Source: Owenia fusiformis (Eukaryota). From it: a stretch of DNA of 64,000 nucleotides. Position numbers and translations under genes: made by a program. Numbering within the stretch: the stretch's first letter is position 1; each line of letters starts with the position of its first letter. Where the stretch lies: contig CAIIXF020000001.1 of assembly GCA_903813345.2 (NCBI GenBank), forward strand, positions 41,230,001 to 41,294,000, given 5' to 3'. The notes under the pieces are model-generated. The model worked only from the letters and a program-made list of their open reading frames with translations, made no database searches and was not told where the DNA came from. This document shows, one piece after another, positions 12,801 to 23,700 of this stretch.

Positions 12801-15800
12801 AAATATTGTTATGAATGAAATCAAATATTGTTGTATCAAGTTATACAATATACAATTGTTGACCTCTCCAGAGGTCAACCGGCAAAATTGTATATACTTA
12901 TTAACTTAAAAATGTTGAACGCTAATTGACCAATCAGATGCGAGTATTTAGGACAGAACTGTGATTGGTTGTTTATTTACTTGAGCAATATACCAATTAT
13001 CAATTTATAGCCAGTTTTGCCAGTTTTCAACCTAAATTGCCCAATTTATGAGGGGCGTAGCAAATTTTGGGCCCTAAATCTATTTGGGGCGTAGGCCAGC
13101 CTAAATTTTTCACTTGCTATGACAAGTTACATTATTTGTTTGTGTACTCGGTCTTTATTGCAGTTTAATTATACCTTACAATTCTTCTTCAAATAATCAC
13201 AAAAACATTCATTTTTATATTGTACTATACAGTTTATGAGCATTATGTATTGAGAGGTTTTAGATATGGTTTATCCTGAGGAAAATGTGTGTATATATTT
13301 CCTAAGGAATAAACCCTATATAAAAAATGTACACAACAGAATGATGTATCCCATACCTACGGTTCGATGTACATTCCACCAAAATTCTGAGCGATTTTTC
13401 ACTTAAATATAAATGGTAAACTGTTAAGTATGGAATTTCTAAAGAAACAAAGTTTTAAAATGAAGATTTTATAATATACTCAGCGATGTACCCTATGAAA
13501 ATTGCTAGCCTATAATAAATAAAGCGTAAAATGAATATTATGAAATGAAACAAAAAATTTACCCTTAAATTTATCTTTTTTTGATTTTTGGTTTCCTGCA
13601 AAATGTAGTATAGTTTTAATTGACACATTCATCACCTTTGTTTTTCATATGTCATGATACTATGCAAATATAAAACTTATAAAACCAACAACGTAAAACT
13701 TATGAAATCTACAATACAAAAGTTATGAAACCTACAATGACCTTTGCGAAGTCATCTTCAGAATAAAGTGAATTTCTTGAAAAGAAATGTTTGCAAAACC
13801 TGTGCACAATATTGTTTATTGATTTGACAATAAATTATGGTTTCGTAAGATGTTAATGATAACAAACATTAAGGATGGCCTTCCGTTCATATCACTGTTT
13901 TAGAATATTGATTTATCTTAGCTTCCAATTAAAAAATGGCATCTTATGAAGCAGCGGAAAATGGAATACCAGATGATTTTAGAAAAAAAAATTAAAAAGT
14001 TAATTATTGAATATAAAATTGTAATCACATATGGTATACCCTACCCCTCGTTCTACTGTTGTCCCTATAAACTAGTTTGCTGGAATTATTTTGTTTCAGA
14101 CACTCTCTAGAGTTTATCTTGGGGGAGTAAAATAAGTACTAAGTGAGTTCACTGCACACTAATAAAGTGGCATCATCTTTCCATTTTCACATGGGGGTAG
14201 TGGTATAAACAACAATTTTTTAATATAGTTTGATAGTTAAGCAAAATATGACAAACTGAAATTAAAACTAACAAAAATTATAAGAGGTAGATTGGTCAAA
14301 ATTTTAAATATGCTACAGTGGCAACATCTATTCTATCTATGAATAAATTACATAATTCATTGCTAAAGTGACATATAAATGAACATCAATGATTCTGATA
14401 AATCGACAATTTTTGAGTTGGGGCAATCTGCACAAGGTTTGATTTTTACTTGGATCGGTTTTTCGCACATGTGAACAAATGAAAGTACTTCATTCCCATG
14501 ATTCAAACAGCTTTTCTGCAATTGGTTCAGTTTTAGTTTATATACCAAACGAAAGCTTATTGTCAAGGAATAGAGAACATACATTGTAGAGAGTTTCATA
14601 CTGTAATGAATATCAAATTTTGACTTTTTCAGCTTTATCCATTTCAATTTTTGCTCATTCTACCTTATGAAGGCGCTTATTAGAATAGTCTAAATGAGAT
14701 ATTTTTAATGCGCTAATGACAGAGAATATGATAATTGTATTTTTGATATATTGTGTAGTGTAGTGAAGTGTAGTATTGTATAAAATGTGCATACATGCAG
14801 TAACAGGTGTACCTCATTTACGAATTACTTACATCTTTCGCCAAACTCTGCAAAGCACAATGCTGCTGACCTCTGTAGCTCTGTATTGTCAGAGTAAGTG
14901 AGGATGCAAAGGGCTCTGAACCTCTCCTCATTGATGCTGGGATTGATATTCTCCTCTGAAAGCAAGACAAAGCATCAGCATGCAAGCAGAATGGAATATA
15001 AAGCAGTCCCGGGAGCATTTCAGTATTATCACCCATCAATGGTCAATATATTTATCAATAAATTGCAATTATAACTCTGATGAATAACGTTCTTATCATT
15101 GTAAAAGGCTATTTAAATCAAAGTGAGACCAATTTTAAACAACAATATGGCATGGTTGAAAATATAACAGTTTATTGACTGCAAATGAGTGATAATACAG
15201 CAGTTAAACCTGTAAAATAAATAAAAATCTATATACTCAGAGTATATATAGAGATTATCCTATATGAAGTTCAGGATATTGGGATTATCCCGAGGCTAAT
15301 ATAATATATCTGCCCGAGGGACATAGTAGGTAGATTTATCCTACACTTAGTGTACTAAATGTATAACATTAAAAAATAAATTTGATATTTATTGGCAAAA
15401 TGAATAACCGGAGGATATCGTGACAATATACTCCGGAAAACCCAATATGCAGAGAATATTGTGACGATATACTCCGCTTGTTGATTTCCCGCCAATTTGA
15501 CTCTATTTGGCATGAAATTCATTTTGCAATGATATTATACATTAAGTTCACACTCCTTGTAAGTATATGCACTCGTTCGTTTTGCTCTCTCGTGCAGATA
15601 TCAATATCACCTCGTAGATAAAAATGATATTCCTCAAAATCATAGGATATCCTATAAGTATTATATTGGCCAAGGGAAAATCCCAATATCCTGAAATGAC
15701 TATAGGATGATCTGTTTATCCCATATCAATCTTGTTCATTTGGTTCACATTGTCTAAGTGGCCACAAACCAAGGAATTATTTTAGAGTATTCATGTCCAG

Positions 15801-18800
15801 TTTTGTTTTAGTGGCCCTGGACACACGGGATGTCATCGCCTGATTTGGTCAATGTTAGGGAGCAGGTCGTTTTTACAATAAATTTCAATTTTTTCACACA
15901 AAATATTTTTTTACTGAAAAACTGCTCATTCGCAGAGAAAATGTACTAGCACATGCAATGACAATGTCAATCACGCTTCTGTACGAAATTCGGCGGAAGT
16001 CTTTTATAATCTAATACGAAGTTACTAAAAAAGGCGCGAACGCCCTACACTCAAAATGATCGTTTTTCCATTATAACTTTTTAACGTAATTTAACGAAGG
16101 CTTCTAATTATTATCCAAGATAGTCTAAATACCGATTAAAATATTTCTTACTTCAAACAGATACGCCGTCTTTTATTCAATTTTTTAAAAAATAATAAAA
16201 AATAACTCTTGTCAATGTTAGGGAGCAGTCAATGTTAGGGAGCAAAATGATTTTATCAGAATATTAAAAATGTAGCAAATGGCCATTTAAAATATGTATG
16301 GCATTTATAAACTGAACAATTTTGTTTGTATGATTATTTGATACCCTTTGGGGAGGAAAGCGTTAAAATTGTAAGAAAATCATTGAAAAGGTTATTTTGC
16401 ATTTTTTATTTTCAGCTAAATCCTGTTTACGTTCGTTTTAGAAATATTTAGATGCGAACCATTCCTTCTTTATTCGTTGACCTCTAACTGTAAATGAATG
16501 GATGTATCGTTATATACACTTTTTGATGATGTCATCAGTTCACAATCCTAAATTGTGGATGATAAATTATCTGAACTGATATATAGGCTTGAGAAATCTC
16601 CGACATCCTTCAGTTCTATGATTTGCCAGGAGTTCCAGCACGTCCAGAAGGCCAAAAGAACGCTTGAAATTTGATATTATTCAACCAAGGTATGATCTTT
16701 AAATAGAACTTTAATTGATTATACATACAAGTGGTATTTGAGAAGGATATTCTCAGCTCATCTCTTGTGCCTTACCTATACTAATTATGTTGCAGGGACC
16801 ATTTTTTTGACACGGAAGAAAGAAGAAGGGGATACAAAGAACAAACCTTCAAAATGCCTCAACCAAGAGGAGTAGCCCCTGGACAAAGACCGATTCGTAC
16901 ACACTATAAAACTGATTTCTCGAAAATAAAGGATTCAGTGAAAATTGGACTTGACATTTCAGATTAATTTGCAAATTAGTAATTGGTGAAAAAATAACAC
17001 TTTGGAAAGAAGTTTTAGTTGTTCAAGAGAAGTGACCGTATTTTTTCCTAATATTCAATTTTTGTGCTGCTTGCTGAGCTATACTTGAAAGACAATCAGC
17101 TCAATTTATGTCTATATTTGGGTTGAAAATGTGTGAAGTCCCAAAATGTTTTATTATTCTAACATTTCTAAAATATGATTGGACAAAGTTTTAGACTTTC
17201 TTTAAGTGTTACCGGTCTATTTCAAAACAATAATTTATATACAAAGATGAGCTCATTTATTTAAATACAATATCATGAATAAAGGGAGATGTCATGTAAT
17301 TATTGTATCTGGTTAAATTGTGTATATTGTGCTGAGCAATACTGTATGCTTGTAAGGTTTATACCAAGGGGTATAAAACAATCATACAATCTTGTCTAGT
17401 TTATAAATGACATACATGTTTGTAAAGGCCAATTACTCTGATATTCTGATAAAACCATTTCGCCCCACTGCATTGTTTGCTCCGCCACATTGATCATACT
17501 TATTAAAGAAAGGTGTACCTGTTTGAAGTAAGAAATATTTCAATATGTACTGAGATTATCCATGATAATAATTAACTTTCCTTCGTCAAAAATCTTTGAG
17601 GGTCCATTTTCTGAAGATAACAAAAATGCAAAACAATTTGTTTTATCGATTTTGTTAAATTTTGTTAAGGCAAGGGGTTTAAAATAATCATTCAAACAAT
17701 ATTGTTTAGTTTATAAATGCCATACATATTTTAAATGGCCATTTGCTACATTTTTAATATTCTGATAAAATCATTTTGCTCCCTAACATTGACTGCTCCC
17801 TAACATTGACAAGAGTTATTTTTTATTATTTTTTAAAAAATTGAATAAAAGACGGCGTATCTGTTTGAAGTAAGAAATATTTTAATCGGTATTTAGACTA
17901 TCTTGGATAATAATTAGAAGCCTTCGTTAAATTACGTTAAAAAGTTATAATGGAAAAACGATCATTTTGAGTGTAGGGCGTTCGCGCCTTTTTTAGTAAC
18001 TTCGTATTAGATTATAAAAGACTTCCGTCGAATTTCGTACAGAAGCGTGATTGACATTGTCATTGCATGTGCTAGTACATTTTCTCTGCGAATGAGCAGT
18101 TTTTCAGTAAAAAAATATTTTGTGTGAAAATATTGAAATTTATTGTAAAAACGACCTGCTCCCTAACATTGACCAAATCAGGCGATGACATCCCGTGGGA
18201 CAGATTTTCCTGTTCTTTCTTGGGGGTGACATAAAACCAAATAATAAATATGCAACAGGAATATGAAGCCATATGGATATCAGAATCATATCAGAAGAAA
18301 TCCTATCATAAAAAGAGAGCCCATGCTTAATTCTTTTTCAGATGAGTCCAGTCAAAAATGCATCAAATTGCAAAAATTGGCCAGTGTTTCAGACCAAGTC
18401 CCAAGATGTTGCCAGGCATGAAAAAATATCTCAATCCACCATAAATTGTTTGATTAGCCATTTTTGAACTAAAATGAGGACATATTCATACGTATATCCC
18501 CATGTTTACAAATAGCTTAATTTTACTGCCTTTCACTTTTTGAATTCCTGGCTTCACCTTTGCAGCTCAAAACAAAATACGTAGAAGTGAGTCCAACACA
18601 AAAAATTCCGTAATATAACATAGGGCAACCTATCTCATAATCGTGTGCTTCACTGATTAGTGATTCTGCATAAGTATTTATCATTACAGGCAGTGTCTTT
18701 AAATAGGATCAGTGATCTCCCTTATATCAAATTAACAAGGTGCTTTATTTATTATTAGGAAATTATCAAGAGCCATGGGGTTGAACATCTTTTTAAAAAC

Positions 18801-20732
18801 AGTAACAGTAAAGTAAAACGTCATGGTGCCAGGTATGGTTACATTTCTAAATCAAAAACAAACAAGGCATTAACAGGACAAAATGTCACCACCTAAAACA
18901 ATTTGGTCAATTTAAAGCAAGTTGGAAAATACCTTTTGACCTTAAGAAGGTTTGATTTGAACTTCTTAGAACATGTAGATGATTTTGAAAAAAAAAATCG
19001 TCAATTTGAAGCAAGTTGAAAAAATACCTCTGACTTTTTTTGACATTGAGAAGGTCATTGAAGGTCAAATGTCAAATGTAAAGTCAGATTTGAACTTCTG
19101 AGAACATGTAGATGATTTTGAAAAAAAAATTAAGTAAATTTGAAGCAAGTTGAAAAAAGACCTCTTTGACCTTTTCAAGGTCATTGAAGGTCAAATGTCA
19201 AATATAAAGTCAGATTTGAACTTCTGAGAACATATAGATGATTTTGAAAAAAAAATTAGTCAATTTGAAGCAAGTTGAAAAAGACCTTTTTGACCTTGAG
19301 AAGGTCATTGAAGGTCAAAGGTCAAATAAAAATTTGGTCAATTTGAAGCAAGTTGAAAACAGACCTTTTTGACCTTTTTTGACCTTGAGAAGGTCATTAA
19401 AGGTCAAATGTCAAATCTAAAGTCAAATCTAAAGTCAGATTTGAATTTCTGAGAACACGTAGATGATTTTGAAAAAAAAATTTAGTCAATTTGAAGCAAG
19501 TTGAAAAAAGACCTTTTTGACCTTTTTTGACTATGAGAAGGTCATTGAAGGTGAAATGTCAAATCTTAAGTCAAATCTAAAGTCAGATTTGAATTTCTGA
19601 GAACACGTAGATGATTTTGAAAAAAAAATTTAGTCAATTTGAAGCAAGTTGAAAAAAGACCTTTTTGACCTTTTTTGACTATGAGAAGGTCATTGAAGGT
19701 GAAATGTCAAATCTTAAGTCAAATCTAAAGTCAGATTTGAATTTCTGAGAACACGTAGATGATTTTGAAAATTTTTTTTAATCAATTTGAAGCAAGTTGA
19801 AAACAGACCTTTTTGACCTTTTTTGACCTTGAGAAGGTCATTGAAGGTCAAATGTCAAATCTTAAGTCAAATCTTAAGTCAGATTTGAATTTCTGAGAAC
19901 ACGTAGATGATTTTGAAAAAAAAATTTAGTCAATTTGAAGCAAGTTGAAAACAGACCTTTTTGACCTTTTTGACCTTGAGAAGGTCATTGAAGGTCAAAT
20001 GTCAAATCTTAAGTCAGATTTGAAGGTCAAATGTCAAATCTAAAGTCAAATCTAAAGTCAGATTTGAATTTCTGAGAACATGTAGATGATTTTGAAAAAA
20101 AATTTAGTCAATGTGAAGCAAGTTGAAAAAAGACCTTTTTGACCTTGAGAAGGTCATTGAAGGTCAAATGTCAAATCTAAAGTCAGATTTGAACTTCTGA
20201 GAACATGTAGATGATTTAGAAAAAAATTGAAGTCAGTCTAAACAGTATTTGTTAAGTTATAGGAAGTTGTAAGAAATTGTTACAGACGCCGGACGCCGGA
20301 CGCCAGACACCGGACACCGGACGCCAACCACCAACCGCCGTCGCAAAAAAATGGAGACCATAACAATATGTCACCACTTTTGGTGGTGACATAAAAATGA
20401 TACTTTTGCACCCAGTTGAAATGAATCCTTGGGAGGACACTGATATTACTTTTTACCCATCATGCACATACAATGTACCTGTCATTACAAAATAAATAGT
20501 GAAAATAATCAGCATACCAGAATCCAGATACAGCAAGAGATTCTGTACTGCTCGTTTCTCTTCCTCCATAAGTTCATCATGGTAAGAGTCCCCACTCACG
20601 TGACCATGGGGGGTGGGGATGCACCCGCATGTGATGCAACACAGACAATACCCTAGCGCCCTCTTAAGTAGTTCTACCAACTCATCCAGAACATCGGCTT
20701 TTTTGCTCTTGCCATCTGTAGAGTCATCAAAG
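865..20732 (-). CDS. VAC8: Vacuolar protein 8 (Vac8)-like armadillo-repeat protein, spliced; 5' exon uncertain and 3' end outside the window
   Basis: Exons in minus-strand transcript order: 20732-20518, 14955-14833, 6283-6164, 4832-4710, 4123-4001, 3564-3353, 1630-1451, 952-865. All are GT-AG and phase-compatible. The joined peptide contains [155 protein letters not shown] and EAQCHAAG. These are collinear with yeast Vac8 motifs as I recall them (e.g. [50 protein letters not shown]). Confidence 0.9.
2356..2538. mobile_element. Tc1/mariner-type MITE
   Basis: TA|CAGTAAAACTTGT ... ACAGGTTTTACTG|TA. Related copies lie near 21830-21990 and 63040-63140. Confidence 0.7.
3115..3338. repeat. 32-bp tandem repeat, 7 copies
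   Basis: ACAAACTCTAGCTATCAACCCTTTAAGAAATG at 3115, 3147, 3179, 3211, 3243, 3275 and 3307, ending about 15 bp from a Vac8-like splice donor. Confidence 0.95.
5171..5909. mobile_element. Degenerate foldback/TIR element
   Basis: AAAGAATGGGTATCGATATGGCGAACT pairs with AGTTCTCCATATCAATACCTATCCTTT, and there are further inner inverted blocks. Confidence 0.6.
6407..6605. repeat. 47-bp tandem triplication of a MITE end, followed by a short Tc1/mariner-type MITE
   Basis: TACAGTAAAAC recurs at 6425, 6472 and 6519. The last copy opens a TA-flanked CAGTAAAAC...GTTTTACTG element (6521-6605). Confidence 0.75.
6651..6878. mobile_element. Short element with 12-bp inverted ends
   Basis: ATTATTACCACC ... 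GGTGGTAATAAT; no clear TSD. Confidence 0.4.
7642..8384 (+). pseudogene. gag-like ORF of the YR retrotransposon (one frameshift)
   Basis: ORFs 7642-7857 and 7854-8384 join if one A is restored in the A-run at 7816-7819 (giving [17 protein letters not shown]). It contains [33 protein letters not shown], an RS/RG-rich segment and the zinc knuckle [14 protein letters not shown] (CX2CX4HX4C). Confidence 0.85.
8400..10317 (+). pseudogene. pol of the YR retrotransposon: reverse transcriptase, RNase H and DNA adenine methyltransferase-like domain (disrupted)
   Basis: RT motifs: [38 protein letters not shown]. RNase H motifs: [27 protein letters not shown]-like motifs: [22 protein letters not shown]. 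The region is split over ORFs 8248-8592, 8579-8962 and 8878-10317 by a T-run frameshift (8575-8580) and a deletion near 8906-8913. Confidence 0.9.
10551..11035 (+). repeat. 24-bp tandem minisatellite inside the retrotransposon, between pol and YR
   Basis: Unit AAAACGTATAGCCACCGTAGGCTC. About 12 well-conserved copies lie in 10665-10955, with degenerate copies on both sides. Confidence 0.95.
11646..12605 (+). CDS. Tyrosine recombinase (integrase) of the retrotransposon, probably with an in-frame internal deletion
   Basis: 319-aa ORF with the catalytic R-K-H-R-H-Y set: [27 protein letters not shown] and DGY. The segment between RYSEL and SKTD looks about a dozen residues shorter than usual for this family. 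Confidence 0.9.
   Translation: MDNMKTIEDPPLKILSKQLMVEIVNSSKSDNTKKKYTFYFEKWTRWSNNFPKVKDIPAEPRYIAIFLLAQLQSGSSYHVLNSLRSSISWAHKCAALPDPCCSSLVTNLIEAAKRQTSKPVQKKEPIDASILTQLVNNMSKDNSLKNLRNVTLCVLGFAGFLRYSELAHITVGPQSKTDVYRNGNSVVIAKTGNITCPYNILQSYLKALDPKNLLSKDQYIFRGLSRKKDGSFVARSANRMLSYTTVREIVLTSIKSIGLNPKLFGVHSLRSGGATTAANSSVLERNFKRHGRWKSETAKDGYVKDDIISRLGVTMKLGL
15245..15720. mobile_element. Inverted-repeat interspersed element; related fragment at ~2245-2330
   Basis: ATCCTATA...TTCAGGATATTGGGATT...AATATAATA pairs with TATTATATT...AATCCCAATATCCTGAA...TATAGGAT. Confidence 0.5.
15824..18197. mobile_element. Non-autonomous long-TIR DNA transposon with CAC...GTG ends and a 5-bp TSD (Transib-like)
   Basis: Near-perfect TIRs of about 490 bp (CACGGGATGTCATCGCC... 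/ ...GGCGATGACATCCCGTG). TSD GGACA at 15819-15823 and 18198-18202. A degenerate internal copy of TIR sequence lies near 17360-17590. Confidence 0.88.
18861..20397 (+). mobile_element. Helentron-associated (HINE/DINE-1-like) element with a ~110-130-bp satellite core
   Basis: 5' AACAAG and subterminal ATGTCACCACC (18883). About 11 tandem units (TTGAAGCAAGTTGAAAA...GAAGGTCATTGAAGGTCAAATGTCAAA...GTAGATGATTTTG), then a (GGACGCC)n microsatellite and a 3' palindrome TATGTCACCA-CTTT-TGGTGGTGACATA followed by an A-run. Confidence 0.8.
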
Positions 20733-23700
20733 CTGAAAAACAATACAATTCAAAAATACACGTTATATCTTTTGGAAACTTCTATTATAACCCCATTCAG
20801 ATATGAGCTGCTTATACTTTTACTGTAAATGGTATAAAAACTCAGGATTTCGAGAAGAATAATTCCATAACACATTTTAAGCAATGACATAAGAAACCAT
20901 GTGTTACTTTATACATGACTTTCTCTGTTTCTATTATGAATATACATGTAGTAAATACAGGTTTTGAAACATGAGTCAATATCATTCTTAATTTCAATGA
21001 ACATTTTATTACTTTAACAGTGCATGCCACCTTTTTCATCTGGGGTGAATAATTGCAATGTTGCCAACCTTTTTCTTTTTTTAAAATATGCAAAAGTTTC
21101 TTTATACCTGGAGGAAAAAAACACAGAAATGACACAAAAAAACAGAAGGCCAAAAGGCAGTCTGGATAAGTTTAGATAAAGCAGATAAGAAACGCTAACA
21201 TTCGCAATTCTACAGTAAAGGCCAGTAAAGTATAGAACTGAGCATTAAAGGAAAAGGCTACATATTATTAAGGCTACAGTGGCCTTCCTTGGTATTTTCA
21301 CAAAAAAACAGTCCGTAAAAATCCACATGATTTTCTGAATTTTGAAATCCTGTTTTACAATAAATTTTCATCAAGGACTCTCTTTAATATGTAAAAAACA
21401 GTTAAAATAAAAACCAAACATGAATTATTTTCATGTCCTTGGAAATGTAATTTATCAGTTTCATAGTGGCAAAAGGATAGTTTTTATTAATGAAGTCTAT
21501 AAACCCATTTTAAAACCATCCCTGACAATGAAAAATATATCTGACCTTGAAGAAGCAATTATTTATTTGACATTTTACATTCAAACTGAACTATTTCTGA
21601 TCAGTGTTTGATGGCCTAGTCTTGTGTAATTTGTGTAATGTGTCTCAGAGTATGGAGGAAGTCAGATACTCAATGTAAGACTATTTGATATAAAATCATG
21701 GGCATCCCCAATGGGTGGGGGTGCTAGACTACAACCCCCTTTTTGAGTCAATCCTCTGGGATTTCATTCATGGTGCTGAGGAAAAGGAGACTCAGATGAA
21801 AGAAGAACTATGTGCACCCTTAAAAACTACAGTAAACCTTGTCTTAGTGTACTAGTAATAACTTGTCTCAAGCAGACACCATTCCTCGGCATACTGACTT
21901 CTGTATAAATTGCTCTCTCTGTGGTGAACACCTACCAACACTGAACATTTTTTGGGGGAAAAAAATGTTCAATATACACAAGGTTTACTATACTACATTA
22001 GGCTTTATGTAAGTCTAAAAAAAAGTAATTCTTCCTAAATGGACATTCTGGATAAGTCAATCATTAAATATCCCTAGCAAGATCTTTTCTTGCAATAAAA
22101 ATTAATAGTATAGTTTCCATATAGCTTTTGAAATCTCGCTAAATCTCGTTTTTCGTGAGATTTTAAGAGACTTGCATATTAGACCTCTAATGACTTACAT
22201 TACCTTCTTTTAAATGGTATATTTGAATTCAGTGGAATGTTTTCTCCTAAAATAGCTTTGATTTACACAGTTATGTAATTTGAATAATTTTCTATGACAA
22301 TTTAAAAAAAGTTGGGCCAAATGTCCATAGATGCAATGCTAAAATTCTTTAAAACCGTGGATTATTTGTATGTCAATCAACATTAGCATGTTTAATCACA
22401 ACATGTTCATAAACAGGGTCATCATGTGGTATATCATTCAAGTTTTATACAGATTCAACAAACACACTTTGATAAATCATGAAATTAAGCCACTTTTCCA
22501 AGATTTTAGCATGTAAGTGAATGGAGCTCTAGCCAGAGTTAAAAGCTGAATAAAAGATGGCAGCACGAGATTTCATTGATTTTTCTGCTATTTAGAAACT
22601 ATCCTATTGGAAAGGTTTTGTTCTCCTGACATGACGTCAAAAAAGAAAATGAGTGTCTATCATTATCAGATAATGATGACTGTAAAACCATGTACCAAGA
22701 AAAACAATCTATCAAATGATAAGTCACAACATTGACATCACTAACAGTTACCATAATGCATCATACTTAAAGTCATTTTCTTCAAGAAGTCATATTCTTT
22801 GATAAGCATATAAATATGTAAACAGCAAAGAAAAGGTAGAATAATCAATTAAAAATGCATTAAGATTTATCCTTAATGATATATCCAACTTCTTTTCGAG
22901 GAAATAATGATGTAAGACGTTTTGGAAGGGTTACTAGATTCCTAGGATGATCCAATATAAGAAAATTCATTATCTTCAGTAATTCAGTAACCAGCATCAG
23001 CTTACTGTGATGACGCATTTTCTGGGAAATCAGTCTCTGATTGCAATTTAAGGATTTTAAGATGATTCTTGGATAAAATAATAACCACTGCCCTTCTTGT
23101 ATATGTAGACATGTAGATATATATATATATCTTAGGCTCTGTTGAAGAAAAAATGGAGGAAGGGTGCCAGAAAGGGACTTGGTGTAAGACGTTGTGTGCC
23201 ATAGTTTTCATAGCTATTTGAAATGACTCACCCAAACCCAGAAATGACTCACCCAAACTCTAACTGTATCTCTTAGTGGGAACTAAAATAACTTCTACAC
23301 ACATTTGTGGCTAATTTTATAATACTTATATCTTTTTGATGAGAGTGAATCTGGATGTCCTGATATGATAAGTGATAATGTACCATTCAAATGTTGCATG
23401 AGACACCCCATGTGGGAAGGGTTGCTCGTAGCCAGGTTTTACCAAGGGGGGGGGGGGGTGGGGGAGCTTTTGCCAATGTGGGGAAGCTGGAATTGGTAGG
23501 GATATTGACAAAACAAGAGTTGGGCTGTCAATTTTTCTCCCCTAGGAGCAATAATATTCATTTCAAAGCTAAAACTGCATACTCCCAGTACAAACTACTG
23601 TGTCAAATCCCAACCCCTGGTACAATACCGTGCGTCAAATTCCTGCCCCTCTACATGTGAGGGGGTCTCACATATACCTTAGAATAGTGCAAAAGTTACA

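Larger units (their letters stand above)
7461..12805 (+). mobile_element. Tyrosine-recombinase retrotransposon (DIRS/PAT-like), degenerate copy in the Vac8-like intron 6284-14832
   Basis: Gene order is gag (CCHC), RT/RNaseH/methyltransferase, then YR, all on one strand. It is bounded by an imperfect 16-bp inverted repeat, TATTTCTACATATTAC (7461-7476) / GTAATGTATAGAAATA (12790-12805). The true ends may lie about 60-100 bp further out. Confidence 0.9.

Noticed and set aside
20670..20716. ATG inside the first recovered Vac8-like exon as the start codon
   Set aside because: It is out of frame with the conserved reading frame and stops after 13 codons.
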